Shown: positions 27,340-35,596 of the stretch, in pieces
Position numbering within the stretch: position 1 is the first letter of the stretch
Layout: the number at the start of each line of letters is the position of its first letter
From: an uncultured Anaerolineales bacterium
GTDB taxonomy: Bacteria; Chloroflexota; Anaerolineae; Anaerolineales; UBA11858
Reading direction: 5' to 3'
Length of the DNA: 64,000 nucleotides
Assembly: GCA_964344175.1 (NCBI GenBank)
Contig: CAYFMI010000009.1
Coordinates: 1,148-65,147, forward strand
The notes under the pieces: generated by a model
The model's input: the letters and a program-made list of their open reading frames with translations, nothing else
Told to the model about the DNA's origin: nothing
Databases searched by the model: none
Program-made: the position numbers and the translations under genes

Positions 27340-27834
27340 TCAGGCCTTATCACCACCCAAGCGGCCAAACGAAACTCGAAAGAGCGCGTAATCCCAGCTG
27401 TTGCCCAACAAATTTCCCACCCTAATCATCCGCAATACAAGATGGATGGCTTGTGTTCTTTCTTCGCCATAGACCGCTTTAAGTCTTTCGATGGCTTGCT
27501 GATCTGGCTGCGCATTACTCTCTGCCCAGTGTTGTGCGTAGGTTAACGCGGGCAGTTCGTCATCCGGTGTGTCGAGGGAAATTTCGCCCGCCAGCAAGGA
27601 TCGCAATTCATCAGAAGATAGCCCGGCCCTGATTGCCTCTTGCGTGTGAAAATAGCGGCAATAACGACACCCATTTACCTGTGTGACAACCACCATCAAT
27701 CGCTCGCGGAATGCAAATGAAACCAGCCCGCCGCGCATTGTTTTACGCATCAATGGGCGGCGGGCGATAATATATTCAACATCTGCCCAGAACTCTCGCA
27801 GGCCTGAGTAAAGCCGTTTTGGAAATTTCCGCAC
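27340..27834 (-). CDS. carboxymuconolactone decarboxylase (AhpD-like) family protein
   Basis: core NGCRYCRYFH motif; GTG start. Confidence 0.65.
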   Translation of the reverse strand: MRKFPKRLYSGLREFWADVEYIIARRPLMRKTMRGGLVSFAFRERLMVVVTQVNGCRYCRYFHTQEAIRAGLSSDELRSLLAGEISLDTPDDELPALTYAQHWAESNAQPDQQAIERLKAVYGEERTQAIHLVLRMIRVGNLLGNSWDYALFRVSFGRLGGDKA

Positions 27835-27889
27835 GAAACGAAACCTCAGCTATTTTCTGGATCTACCGAAAAAATTTACTAAACACTTA

Positions 27890-29116
27890 CTACTCGTAGC
27901 GCAACGCTTCTACTGGCTCCAGGCTGGCAGCCCGATTCGCGGGATATAGGCCAAAGAAAACGCCCACAGCAGCAGAGAACAGGGTCGCCAACAACACGGC
28001 ATTCACACCGATCACCGGGATAATATTGGCATCATTGGCTGCCGCAATTTGCCCAACGATGGCTGAAATCAACCACCCCAGGCCAATGCCCACAATGCCC
28101 CCAAACAAACTCAACAAAACCGACTCGGTCAGGAACTGCACCAAAATGTCCATTTTACGAGCACCCATGGCTTTGCGCAAACCGATCTCACGGGTGCGCT
28201 CTACCACCGAGACCAACATAATATTCATAATGCCGATGCCACCCACCAACAGCGAGATGCCAGCTATGCCGCCCAAGAAGACCGTTAAAATCCCGGTAAT
28301 CGAGGAGGCCACATCCAGAAAATCTTGCTGGCTGTAAATGGTGAAGTCATCTTGCCCGATCTCGGTGCGGTGGCGAGTGCGCAAAATTTGAGCAATTTCA
28401 TCGGATGCCTGAGGCACCAGATCCGCGCTGACTGCACCCACAAAAATCACATCCACACGATCGCGCGTGGAACGGCGAATCAGGCGGGCTTGGGCCGTTG
28501 TAAGTGGAACAATCATCTGATCGTCTTCGCTGCCAAAAGAACCGCCGCCTTTTTCTTCAAGCACACCAATCACCCGAAACGGCTGCCCTTCAATGCGCAC
28601 CGTCTCACCGACCAGCCCGGCTTTGCGGCCAAAAAGTTCTTCAGCTACATCGACACCCAAAATCACCACCGCCGAGCGGCCCAGCATATGTGCTTCGGAA
28701 ATAAATTCGCCTTCGGTGACATGATAGTTGCGCACTATTTCGTAGTCCGGAGTGACCCCATTTACAGTCGTCACAACACTCTCACCAGAATAGCTGATTT
28801 CAGCATTGCCCTGCAATATGGGCGCCACACCCGCTACCGAGGGCGCGGCAAATGGATCTGCGATGGCTTCAGCATCGCCCAGGGTAAGTGGCTCCGGGTT
28901 GCGGACATCTTCTGAGCCGCCGCGAAACACAAAGAGCAAGTTTGTACCAATGCCCTGAATTTCACCGGTGATCGAGTTTTCGGCTCCGGTGCCAATCGCC
29001 AGCATGGCGATCACGGCTCCAACGCCGATTACAATACCTAAGATTGTCAAACCCGAACGCAGCTTGTTTGAAACCAGGCTATCGAGCGCTTCGATAAATG
29101 ATTGCCAAAAGTTCAT
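27890..29116 (-). CDS. MacB-type ABC transporter permease (MacB periplasmic domain + FtsX)
   Basis: N-terminal SNKLRSGLTILGIVIGVGAV, large periplasmic loop, C-terminal FtsX helices, EIGLRKAMGA. Confidence 0.85.
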   Translation of the reverse strand: MNFWQSFIEALDSLVSNKLRSGLTILGIVIGVGAVIAMLAIGTGAENSITGEIQGIGTNLLFVFRGGSEDVRNPEPLTLGDAEAIADPFAAPSVAGVAPILQGNAEISYSGESVVTTVNGVTPDYEIVRNYHVTEGEFISEAHMLGRSAVVILGVDVAEELFGRKAGLVGETVRIEGQPFRVIGVLEEKGGGSFGSEDDQMIVPLTTAQARLIRRSTRDRVDVIFVGAVSADLVPQASDEIAQILRTRHRTEIGQDDFTIYSQQDFLDVASSITGILTVFLGGIAGISLLVGGIGIMNIMLVSVVERTREIGLRKAMGARKMDILVQFLTESVLLSLFGGIVGIGLGWLISAIVGQIAAANDANIIPVIGVNAVLLATLFSAAVGVFFGLYPANRAASLEPVEALRYE

Positions 29117-29119
29117 AGG

Positions 29120-29797
29120 TTACGCCTCCACCACTTTACCATCAAGGATGCGCACCACCCGCTGAGTGAGTTCGGCAATCTCAGGGTCATGCGTCACAAT
29201 GATGAGGGTCGTGCCTCGTTCTCTATTCAAGTTGAGCAGCAACTCCATAATCGCCTCCCCGGAGACTGTATCCAGGTTTCCGGTTGGCTCATCGGCCATG
29301 ACAATCGAAGGCTCATTGACAATAGCGCGGGCAATTGCCACGCGCTGTTGCTGCCCGCCCGAAAGCTCGTTAGGGCGGTGCGTCATGCGGTCTGCCAGGC
29401 CAACCGCTTCCAGGGCGGCCTGCGCCCGCTGGCGGCGATTTTTGCCATTGCGGGCATAACGCAGCGGCAATTCGACATTGGTCAAAGCAGTGGCGCGCGG
29501 CAGCAGGTTAAAGCTCTGAAAAACAAAGCCGACCTTGCGGTTGCGAATATCGGCCAACTGATCGTCACTTAACTCGGCCACGCTCTCGGCATCCAGCCAG
29601 TAATCACCCGCTGTGGGGCGGTCTAAACAACCGAGGATATTCATCAGCGTGGATTTTCCCGAACCCGAAGGCCCCATAATTGAAATCACTTCGCCGGAGG
29701 CAATTGTCATCGATAACCCGCGCAGTGCGTGGACTTCGACATCGCCCATGGTGTACACTTTGGTTACCTCACGAGCATTTACAACCCATTCCGTCAT
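29120..29797 (-). CDS. ABC transporter ATP-binding protein (MacB/LolD type)
   Basis: Walker A GPSGSGKST, signature LSGGQQQRVAIARA, Walker B IVMADEPTGNLD. Confidence 0.9.
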   Translation of the reverse strand: MTEWVVNAREVTKVYTMGDVEVHALRGLSMTIASGEVISIMGPSGSGKSTLMNILGCLDRPTAGDYWLDAESVAELSDDQLADIRNRKVGFVFQSFNLLPRATALTNVELPLRYARNGKNRRQRAQAALEAVGLADRMTHRPNELSGGQQQRVAIARAIVNEPSIVMADEPTGNLDTVSGEAIMELLLNLNRERGTTLIIVTHDPEIAELTQRVVRILDGKVVEA

Positions 29798-29826
29798 ACG
29801 ATTTGCTCCTTTGTAGATGCGCCGGA

Positions 29827-31398
29827 TTAATGCGGCGGGCGCCCACCTGGGGGGCCAAAAGTGGCGCCATTCTCGGTGAGTTCTCGGGGAGGATTAAGCA
29901 CAATCTCATCACCAACCCGAATATCCCCTTCAGTGATCTCACTATAGGTATCGGACGAAGCGCCCAATGTAATGGCAATCTTCTCAACACTGCCATCTGG
30001 AAGCAAGATAAACACCACTCGCTCTTGATCTACCACACGCACAGCCCGGTTCGGAATCAAGAGTGCGGCTTCTAATTGGCGGATGACAATATTGACTGCC
30101 GAAGTCATCCCCGGACGAATATCTTGATCTGCGTCCAGCAACTCGACCGTTACCGTAAAATTGACCACGCCCTGCTCTTCGCTGCCCACCAGGGCCACTT
30201 CGACAACTTCACCTCGATATTCTTTCGCCAGCACGGCGTCGAAACTCATCGTCACTTCCTGACCGACGGCAATTTTGTTAATATCCACTTCCGAGACATC
30301 CAAATCCACCAGCAAACGCGAATAATCATCGACGCGGAATGCCAACACACCGGGGTCTACTTGATCGCCGGGTTTGCTCTCCACGACAGTCACAACCCCA
30401 TCAAAAGGCGCCCGAATATACGCCTGAGCCAGGGTAGCCTCGGCGGCAGCCACACGAGCTTCGGCGGCGGCAATATCATCCGCTGAAGGCCCATTTTTGA
30501 CGCGCTCCCATTCGCGCTGCGCATCGGCCAGTTGTGCTTCGTACAAGGCAATTTCTGCTACCGATGGCCCATCTTTGATGCGTTCATACTCGCGCTGTGC
30601 ATCAATCAACTGCGCCTGCGCCACAGCCAAATCGGCCTGCGCCTCGGCAATATCGATCTCGGTGCCGGTGCTTTTCAGCGCATTCAATTGGCGCACCGCG
30701 GCATCATAATTCTGTTGGGATTCAGCAAGAGCGCTCTGAAAATTCGCCCGCTCCAAATCACTCTCGGGGCGGTCTGCGTACGGGGCAAAATCGTCTTCGG
30801 CTTTTTCTAACCGATCTCTGAGCAGCACCACTTCCGCTTCAGCTTTATCAATATCGGCCTGACCGGCGGTGGATTGCACATTGCGCAATATACGCTCTGC
30901 CGTATCCACAGCTTGTTCGGCATCGGCAATGGCCTGCAAAGCCTGTGCTTGCCGCAGTTCGGGATTCAAAAGGTCTTCGAGGGCTTGCTCGGCATCTTCA
31001 ACAGCCTGCATAGCTTCGGCGCGCTGCACATCGGAATTACGCAGGTCATCCAGGGCTTTTTGTGCGCTGACCAGATCAGCCTCTGCCAGGATAACCGCCT
31101 GCGACAAGGATGTTTGTTGCAAAGACGCCAAGGCCATACCAACGGTAACGGCATCGCCAACTTGGGCATGAACCTGTTCGACTGTGCCCGAGGTCTTCCA
31201 AGAAAGTTGTGCGCTCTGATTAGAGCGCACGCTCCCGGTTGCGCCAATCGTCGCCACAAGGGTGCCCTCTTCGAGCGTTGCGGTCTGCAAACTTTCTAAC
31301 AGGGCCTGCCGGGCCTGTGTGGCGCTATAACTCCGCCAGCCGATCACAGCACCGATTAAAACGGCGACGATGACGACAATAATGATGATACGTTTCAT
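29827..31398 (-). CDS. HlyD/MacA-family periplasmic adaptor with long coiled coil (adaptor 2)
   Basis: TM anchor, lipoyl-like halves, long Ala/Gln/Glu coiled coil, C-terminal beta-barrel; AAGGAG SD before ATG 31398. Confidence 0.8.
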   Translation of the reverse strand: MKRIIIIVVIVAVLIGAVIGWRSYSATQARQALLESLQTATLEEGTLVATIGATGSVRSNQSAQLSWKTSGTVEQVHAQVGDAVTVGMALASLQQTSLSQAVILAEADLVSAQKALDDLRNSDVQRAEAMQAVEDAEQALEDLLNPELRQAQALQAIADAEQAVDTAERILRNVQSTAGQADIDKAEAEVVLLRDRLEKAEDDFAPYADRPESDLERANFQSALAESQQNYDAAVRQLNALKSTGTEIDIAEAQADLAVAQAQLIDAQREYERIKDGPSVAEIALYEAQLADAQREWERVKNGPSADDIAAAEARVAAAEATLAQAYIRAPFDGVVTVVESKPGDQVDPGVLAFRVDDYSRLLVDLDVSEVDINKIAVGQEVTMSFDAVLAKEYRGEVVEVALVGSEEQGVVNFTVTVELLDADQDIRPGMTSAVNIVIRQLEAALLIPNRAVRVVDQERVVFILLPDGSVEKIAITLGASSDTYSEITEGDIRVGDEIVLNPPRELTENGATFGPPGGRPPH

Positions 31399-31437
31399 AG
31401 GTTTTATACTCCTTCTACCAAAAACACTGCGGTACAA

Positions 31438-33105
31438 CTAGGGCGACTCTATCAATTCGCTGGGGGGGTTGAGGATGATCTCATCGCCCTCGCGCAGGTC
31501 GCCCACGCTAATTTCGCTATATTCGTTCGATGAAATTCCGATCTCAACCGGCAGCGGATAAACTGCCCCCGAAAGCGGATCTCCGCCAAAAATGGGGAAC
31601 CACCCTTCGGGAAGGTTGTTCGCGCCCCCTTCAGGGTTGATCGCCTCCCCAAAGACATACACCACCCGCTGGCCGTCCAATGAGCGCAGCGCCTGGTTCG
31701 GCACCAGCAAAGCGTCTTCAACACGACCAATCTCAATCGCCACAGAAGCCGTCATCCCAGGACGAATGGCTTCATCCGCATTCGATAATTCTACAATTAC
31801 TTCAAACTCAACCACTCCGGCTGTTTCCACCCCCACCGGAGAAACGGCCACCACCAGACCCTGATATTCATTCGCCACAAGAGATTCAAAAACCAAGATC
31901 ACATTTTGCCCGTTGGCAATGCGGTTAATGTCTAACTCGGATACTTGCACATCAACCAGCATGCGGGTGAAATCATCCAGCCGGAAGGCCGGCATCCCCA
32001 ACTGCACCTGGTCGCCCGTCTGTGCATGAACTTGGGTCAGCATTCCTGAGAAGGGGGCCTTTACACTGGCGCTGTTTAAGGCCGCTTGTGCGGCAGCCAC
32101 ATGCGCCTGAGCCGCGACAATGTCTTCGGAGGTTGGGCCATCTTTGAGACGTTCCCACTCGCGCTGTGCGTCGGCAATTTGGGCTTCTAGCAAGGCAATT
32201 TCTGCCGGCGTCGGGCCATCTTTAACGCGCCCCCACTGGCGCTGAGCATCGGCCAACTGCGCCGTTGCAGCCGCCAGCGCTGCTTCGGCCACAGCGACAT
32301 CTACCGGGTCGGGTGGCGCTAGCAATTCTGCATAGCGATTATTCAAATCTTCATAGCGGCCTTGCGTTTGGGCATACTGAACACTGAGGTTGGTGTAGAT
32401 CTGCTTATACAGGATCAAACTCTCGAAGGGGAGATACCAATTCCGATTGAGTTGTTTTTCAGCGCTGACAAGATCTTTTTCAATTTGCTGGAGGGAATCC
32501 TCGGTCAACAAGATATTGGCACGCATCTGCTGAAGGCTGGCTTCTGAAGGCGGCGTGGTCAGAATATCCCAATGGCGTTGGGCCGTTTCGAGTGTACGCT
32601 GGGCCTCAGCAAGATACGCCAGGGCCTGAGCCTGGGTTGTTTGTGGCTGCCGGGCATCTTCGAGGGCTTGTCGGGCATCTTCGAGGGCTTTGAATGCCTG
32701 GGCTTGTTGGGTCTGTGAGTGAAGTAAATCCTCGAGAGATTTTTGCGCGTCGATCAAATCGGCCTGTGCCAAAATAGTACTTTGCGGCAACGAATTTTCG
32801 GCCAGCGTAGCCAGTACATCTCCAACAACAACCGTCTCCCCCACCTGGTAATAGACATCAGCCACCTCACCAGAGATTGCCCAGTCTAATAACGCGCTCT
32901 GCGCCGACCGGACAGTGCCTTCAGCTTCAACATAGGCCAGCAGATTCCCGCGCTCCACAGGGATAGTGACCAAACGATCCATCATGGCCGCCTGCTGACG
33001 CCGTGCGCGGCCTCCGAGCAGCATAATTCCAGCGCCAATTAATCCAACAACCAACAGCGCCAGACCCAGTTTATAGACAGTACGCAAATTGCTAAACGTC
33101 GTCAT
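31438..33105 (-). CDS. HlyD/MacA-family periplasmic adaptor with long coiled coil (adaptor 1)
   Basis: same architecture as the downstream paralog; ATGA overlap with marR stop. Confidence 0.8.
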   Translation of the reverse strand: MTTFSNLRTVYKLGLALLVVGLIGAGIMLLGGRARRQQAAMMDRLVTIPVERGNLLAYVEAEGTVRSAQSALLDWAISGEVADVYYQVGETVVVGDVLATLAENSLPQSTILAQADLIDAQKSLEDLLHSQTQQAQAFKALEDARQALEDARQPQTTQAQALAYLAEAQRTLETAQRHWDILTTPPSEASLQQMRANILLTEDSLQQIEKDLVSAEKQLNRNWYLPFESLILYKQIYTNLSVQYAQTQGRYEDLNNRYAELLAPPDPVDVAVAEAALAAATAQLADAQRQWGRVKDGPTPAEIALLEAQIADAQREWERLKDGPTSEDIVAAQAHVAAAQAALNSASVKAPFSGMLTQVHAQTGDQVQLGMPAFRLDDFTRMLVDVQVSELDINRIANGQNVILVFESLVANEYQGLVVAVSPVGVETAGVVEFEVIVELSNADEAIRPGMTASVAIEIGRVEDALLVPNQALRSLDGQRVVYVFGEAINPEGGANNLPEGWFPIFGGDPLSGAVYPLPVEIGISSNEYSEISVGDLREGDEIILNPPSELIESP

Positions 33106-33545
33106 GCATCCTCACGAAACGATTCTTCAACAGCGCTTAAGGCCCGCTCAAAGAGCTGTAAAAAGTGTTCTTGTTCATCTAATGTCAGGCCCGACAAGAA
33201 GGCCTTTAAAACCTGGTTATGATATATACGCAGTTCACTCAACAGAGTTTCACTCTTAGCGGTCAAGTAAAGGGGCTTGGCCCGGCGGTCTTTTGGATTG
33301 TGCCGCCGCTCGAGCCAGCCTTCGCGCGTCAGGCGGCGCACTGCTACACTAATTGTCGGGGGCGTCACCTGCAAACCTTCAGCAAGTTCTTGCACACCAC
33401 TTCCCGGCGATTGAAAAACCCAATACAAGATGCCCACCATAGGTGGTGAAAGTTCACAATTTTTGGGAGGGCGCATCAAACGCAAGGCTGTCAGGCGGCG
33501 CAACAAGGCCTCGATGCGGGTTTCGGGTGAAATAGGATCAATCAT
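33102..33545 (-). CDS. MarR family transcriptional regulator
   Basis: winged-helix pattern ...LAEGLQVTPPTISVAVRRLTREGWLERR...DRRAKPLYLT. Confidence 0.8.
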   Translation of the reverse strand: MIDPISPETRIEALLRRLTALRLMRPPKNCELSPPMVGILYWVFQSPGSGVQELAEGLQVTPPTISVAVRRLTREGWLERRHNPKDRRAKPLYLTAKSETLLSELRIYHNQVLKAFLSGLTLDEQEHFLQLFERALSAVEESFREDA

Positions 33546-33578
33546 CAGACTTAATATTGAGGCAATAGATAGGATTTA

Positions 33579-33603
33579 CACACCCCTATTTCGGGCTTTT
33601 CCT
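33579..33603. repeat. solo right arm of the CCGAAAAATAGGGGTG hairpin family (CACACACCCCTATTTCGGGCTTTTCC)
   Basis: matches the right arms plus flank of copies at 13202-13228 and 42815-42840. Confidence 0.5.
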
Positions 33604-33657
33604 ACACAAGTGCGCAAATCCCAAGATATCTACGCGTGACAAAATGAGCAGCATCAA

Positions 33658-33674
33658 TTAGTTAGCTTAACTAA
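33658..33674. promoter_or_regulatory. candidate MarR operator TTAGTTA-gct-TAACTAA
   Basis: 7-3-7 perfect palindrome about 115 bp upstream of marR. Confidence 0.3.
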
Positions 33675-33887
33675 GTAAACGAACAGAATTATACGGCGAA
33701 TAGCCACCCTGTCAAGATAAGACATGCCCAAAACAGGGTTTTTGAAACCCCATCTCATTTGTGTTATCTGTCACAATACGGAGTGACATATAGATCTTAA
33801 ACTCATGACATCTGGAACTAAAATCAAACCAGTTTACTCGATAATATCTGATCTAGACTTAATAGGTAAGATGTTGGAGGCATAAGC

Positions 33888-35324
33888 ATGACACAAGCAG
33901 TTCCTAGCGAATTTCTGGAAATCGATCGCAAGTCACGCGCCAGAACAACGTGCGATGGTCTATCACTGCGCGCCCCCCAAGAACGCGTAGGTGATTTTGA
34001 TGATGTCGTTATCCCCCTAACCGCTGAATGTGCTCAATATGCCGCCTCGCGCTGCATTCACTGCCCCGACCCTGCTGCTTGCGTTTTGGCATGCCCAACA
34101 CACAACGATATTCCCTCAGCCATGTGGCTTATTGAGCAAGGCGAATTTCTGGAAGCCGCAAAACTATATCGCCAAACCAGTTCGCTCCCGGAAATTTGCA
34201 GCCGGGTTTGCCCACATGAGCAACTCTGCGAAGGCGCTTGCGTTGTCGGAAAATCTGGGGACACCGTGATTACCGGTGCATTAGAGACCTTTGCCATGGA
34301 CTACGAGCGGGAAAACGCCGGGTATCAAATTCCGGTTGGCGAACCCACGGGCAAGAAAGTTGCGATCATCGGAGCCGGTCCTGCGGGCATTGGTTGCGCA
34401 GACCAATTGGTGCAACTTGGTCACAGCGTCACAATTTTCGAGGCCTTGCCCGCCGGTGGCGGCTTGCTGACCTATGGTATCCCCAATTTCAAATTGCCTA
34501 AAGATGTCGTTTTCACGTCCGTTCATGACCTAGAAAAAGCCGGTGTCAATTTTGAATATGGCGTATTTGTTGGGAAGGACAAAACCATAGACGACCTCAT
34601 GGCAGAAGGATACGATGCTGTTTTTATTGGTATTGGTTCACAAATCGATGCCCCGCTTAAGGCCGAAGGCGTTGATCTCCCAGGTGTTCATCTCGCCACC
34701 GAATTCTTAATTCGGACCAACGTACGCGGCAGCTTGTTGCCCGAAAACATGAAAGAACATCTCGATCTTGGCGAAAAAGTTGTCGTGGTAGGCGGCGGAG
34801 ATACCGCCTCCGATTCACTCCGCTCGGCACTACGCCTGGGCGCTAAAGAGGTTACCTGTCTCTACCGCCGCACCCTCAATGAAATGCCCGGCGGGGAAAA
34901 AGACCGCAAACTGGCTATCGAAGAAGGGGCAGATTATAAATTCCTCACCCAGCCGATCAAGTTCATCGCTGGCGAAGATGGACGGCTGGCCGCTGTTGAA
35001 TGCTTGCAAATGGAATTAGGCGAGCCGGATGAATCAGGACGTCGCCGCCCTGTCAAGGTCGAGGGTTCTAATTTCATTATCGAGGCCGATACCGCTGTCC
35101 TGGCACTAGGCTACTGGCCCGATGAGACCATTGGAAAAACTACCCCCGGTCTTGAAACCCATAACTGGGGCTTGATCACCATCGATTCCGAAACCGGTGC
35201 AACTTCCCGCCCTGGCGTCTATTCCGGCGGTGATGCCGCCACAGGCCCCGACCTGGTTGTCACTGCTATGGTCGGCGGACGAAAAGCAGCCTGGGCAATT
35301 GACGAATATCTCAAGAGCCTGTAA
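33888..35324 (+). CDS. GltD-like NAD(P)H-dependent FAD/Fe-S oxidoreductase (glutamate synthase small-subunit family; no large subunit adjacent)
   Basis: N-terminal Cys clusters (CIHCPDPAC...C, CSRVCPHEQLCEGAC), KVAIIGAGPAGIGCA, VVVVGGGDTASD. Confidence 0.75.
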   Translation: MTQAVPSEFLEIDRKSRARTTCDGLSLRAPQERVGDFDDVVIPLTAECAQYAASRCIHCPDPAACVLACPTHNDIPSAMWLIEQGEFLEAAKLYRQTSSLPEICSRVCPHEQLCEGACVVGKSGDTVITGALETFAMDYERENAGYQIPVGEPTGKKVAIIGAGPAGIGCADQLVQLGHSVTIFEALPAGGGLLTYGIPNFKLPKDVVFTSVHDLEKAGVNFEYGVFVGKDKTIDDLMAEGYDAVFIGIGSQIDAPLKAEGVDLPGVHLATEFLIRTNVRGSLLPENMKEHLDLGEKVVVVGGGDTASDSLRSALRLGAKEVTCLYRRTLNEMPGGEKDRKLAIEEGADYKFLTQPIKFIAGEDGRLAAVECLQMELGEPDESGRRRPVKVEGSNFIIEADTAVLALGYWPDETIGKTTPGLETHNWGLITIDSETGATSRPGVYSGGDAATGPDLVVTAMVGGRKAAWAIDEYLKSL

Positions 35325-35342
35325 GCCCCTCACGCATTGCTG

Positions 35343-35380
35343 AAAAAAGCCGCTCTTTCAGAAGAAGAGCGGCTTTTTCT
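35343..35380 (+). terminator. intrinsic terminator after the gltD-like gene
   Basis: AAGCCGCTCTT-tcagaag-AAGAGCGGCTT followed by TTTTCTT. Confidence 0.75.
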
Positions 35381-35522
35381 TATCCACCCTCAGCAATCGC
35401 CTAAGTTGCCGCCTTGAGCCGCAACCTGCCAGGCGTAGCCTAGTTAAAGGCAGGCCAACAGGATAGGCGGCAACGTGAGTTTCTAAAGAAGAACCTCTTA
35501 CCCCATCCAAACCCAGTCGCGG

Positions 35523-35568
35523 TATAATTAAATGTGTGCGTTCCTTCGGGAGAGCACACATTTTTTTC
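35523..35568 (+). promoter_or_regulatory. TATAAT box (35523-35528) immediately followed by a terminator-like hairpin plus U7 (35530-35568) in the gyrA leader
   Basis: AAATGTGTGCgttCCttcgGGagaGCACACATTT then TTTTTTT, 29 nt before the gyrA ATG. Confidence 0.5.
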
Positions 35569-35596
35569 GTGAGAAACCAATCGAGGACAACAATTC

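Noticed and set aside
33547-33866. 10-bp direct repeat AGACTTAATA at 33547 and 33857, considered as a target-site duplication of a 300-bp insertion
   Set aside because: No terminal inverted repeats are present inside the two copies. A single 10-mer coincidence in AT-rich promoter DNA is not convincing on its own.
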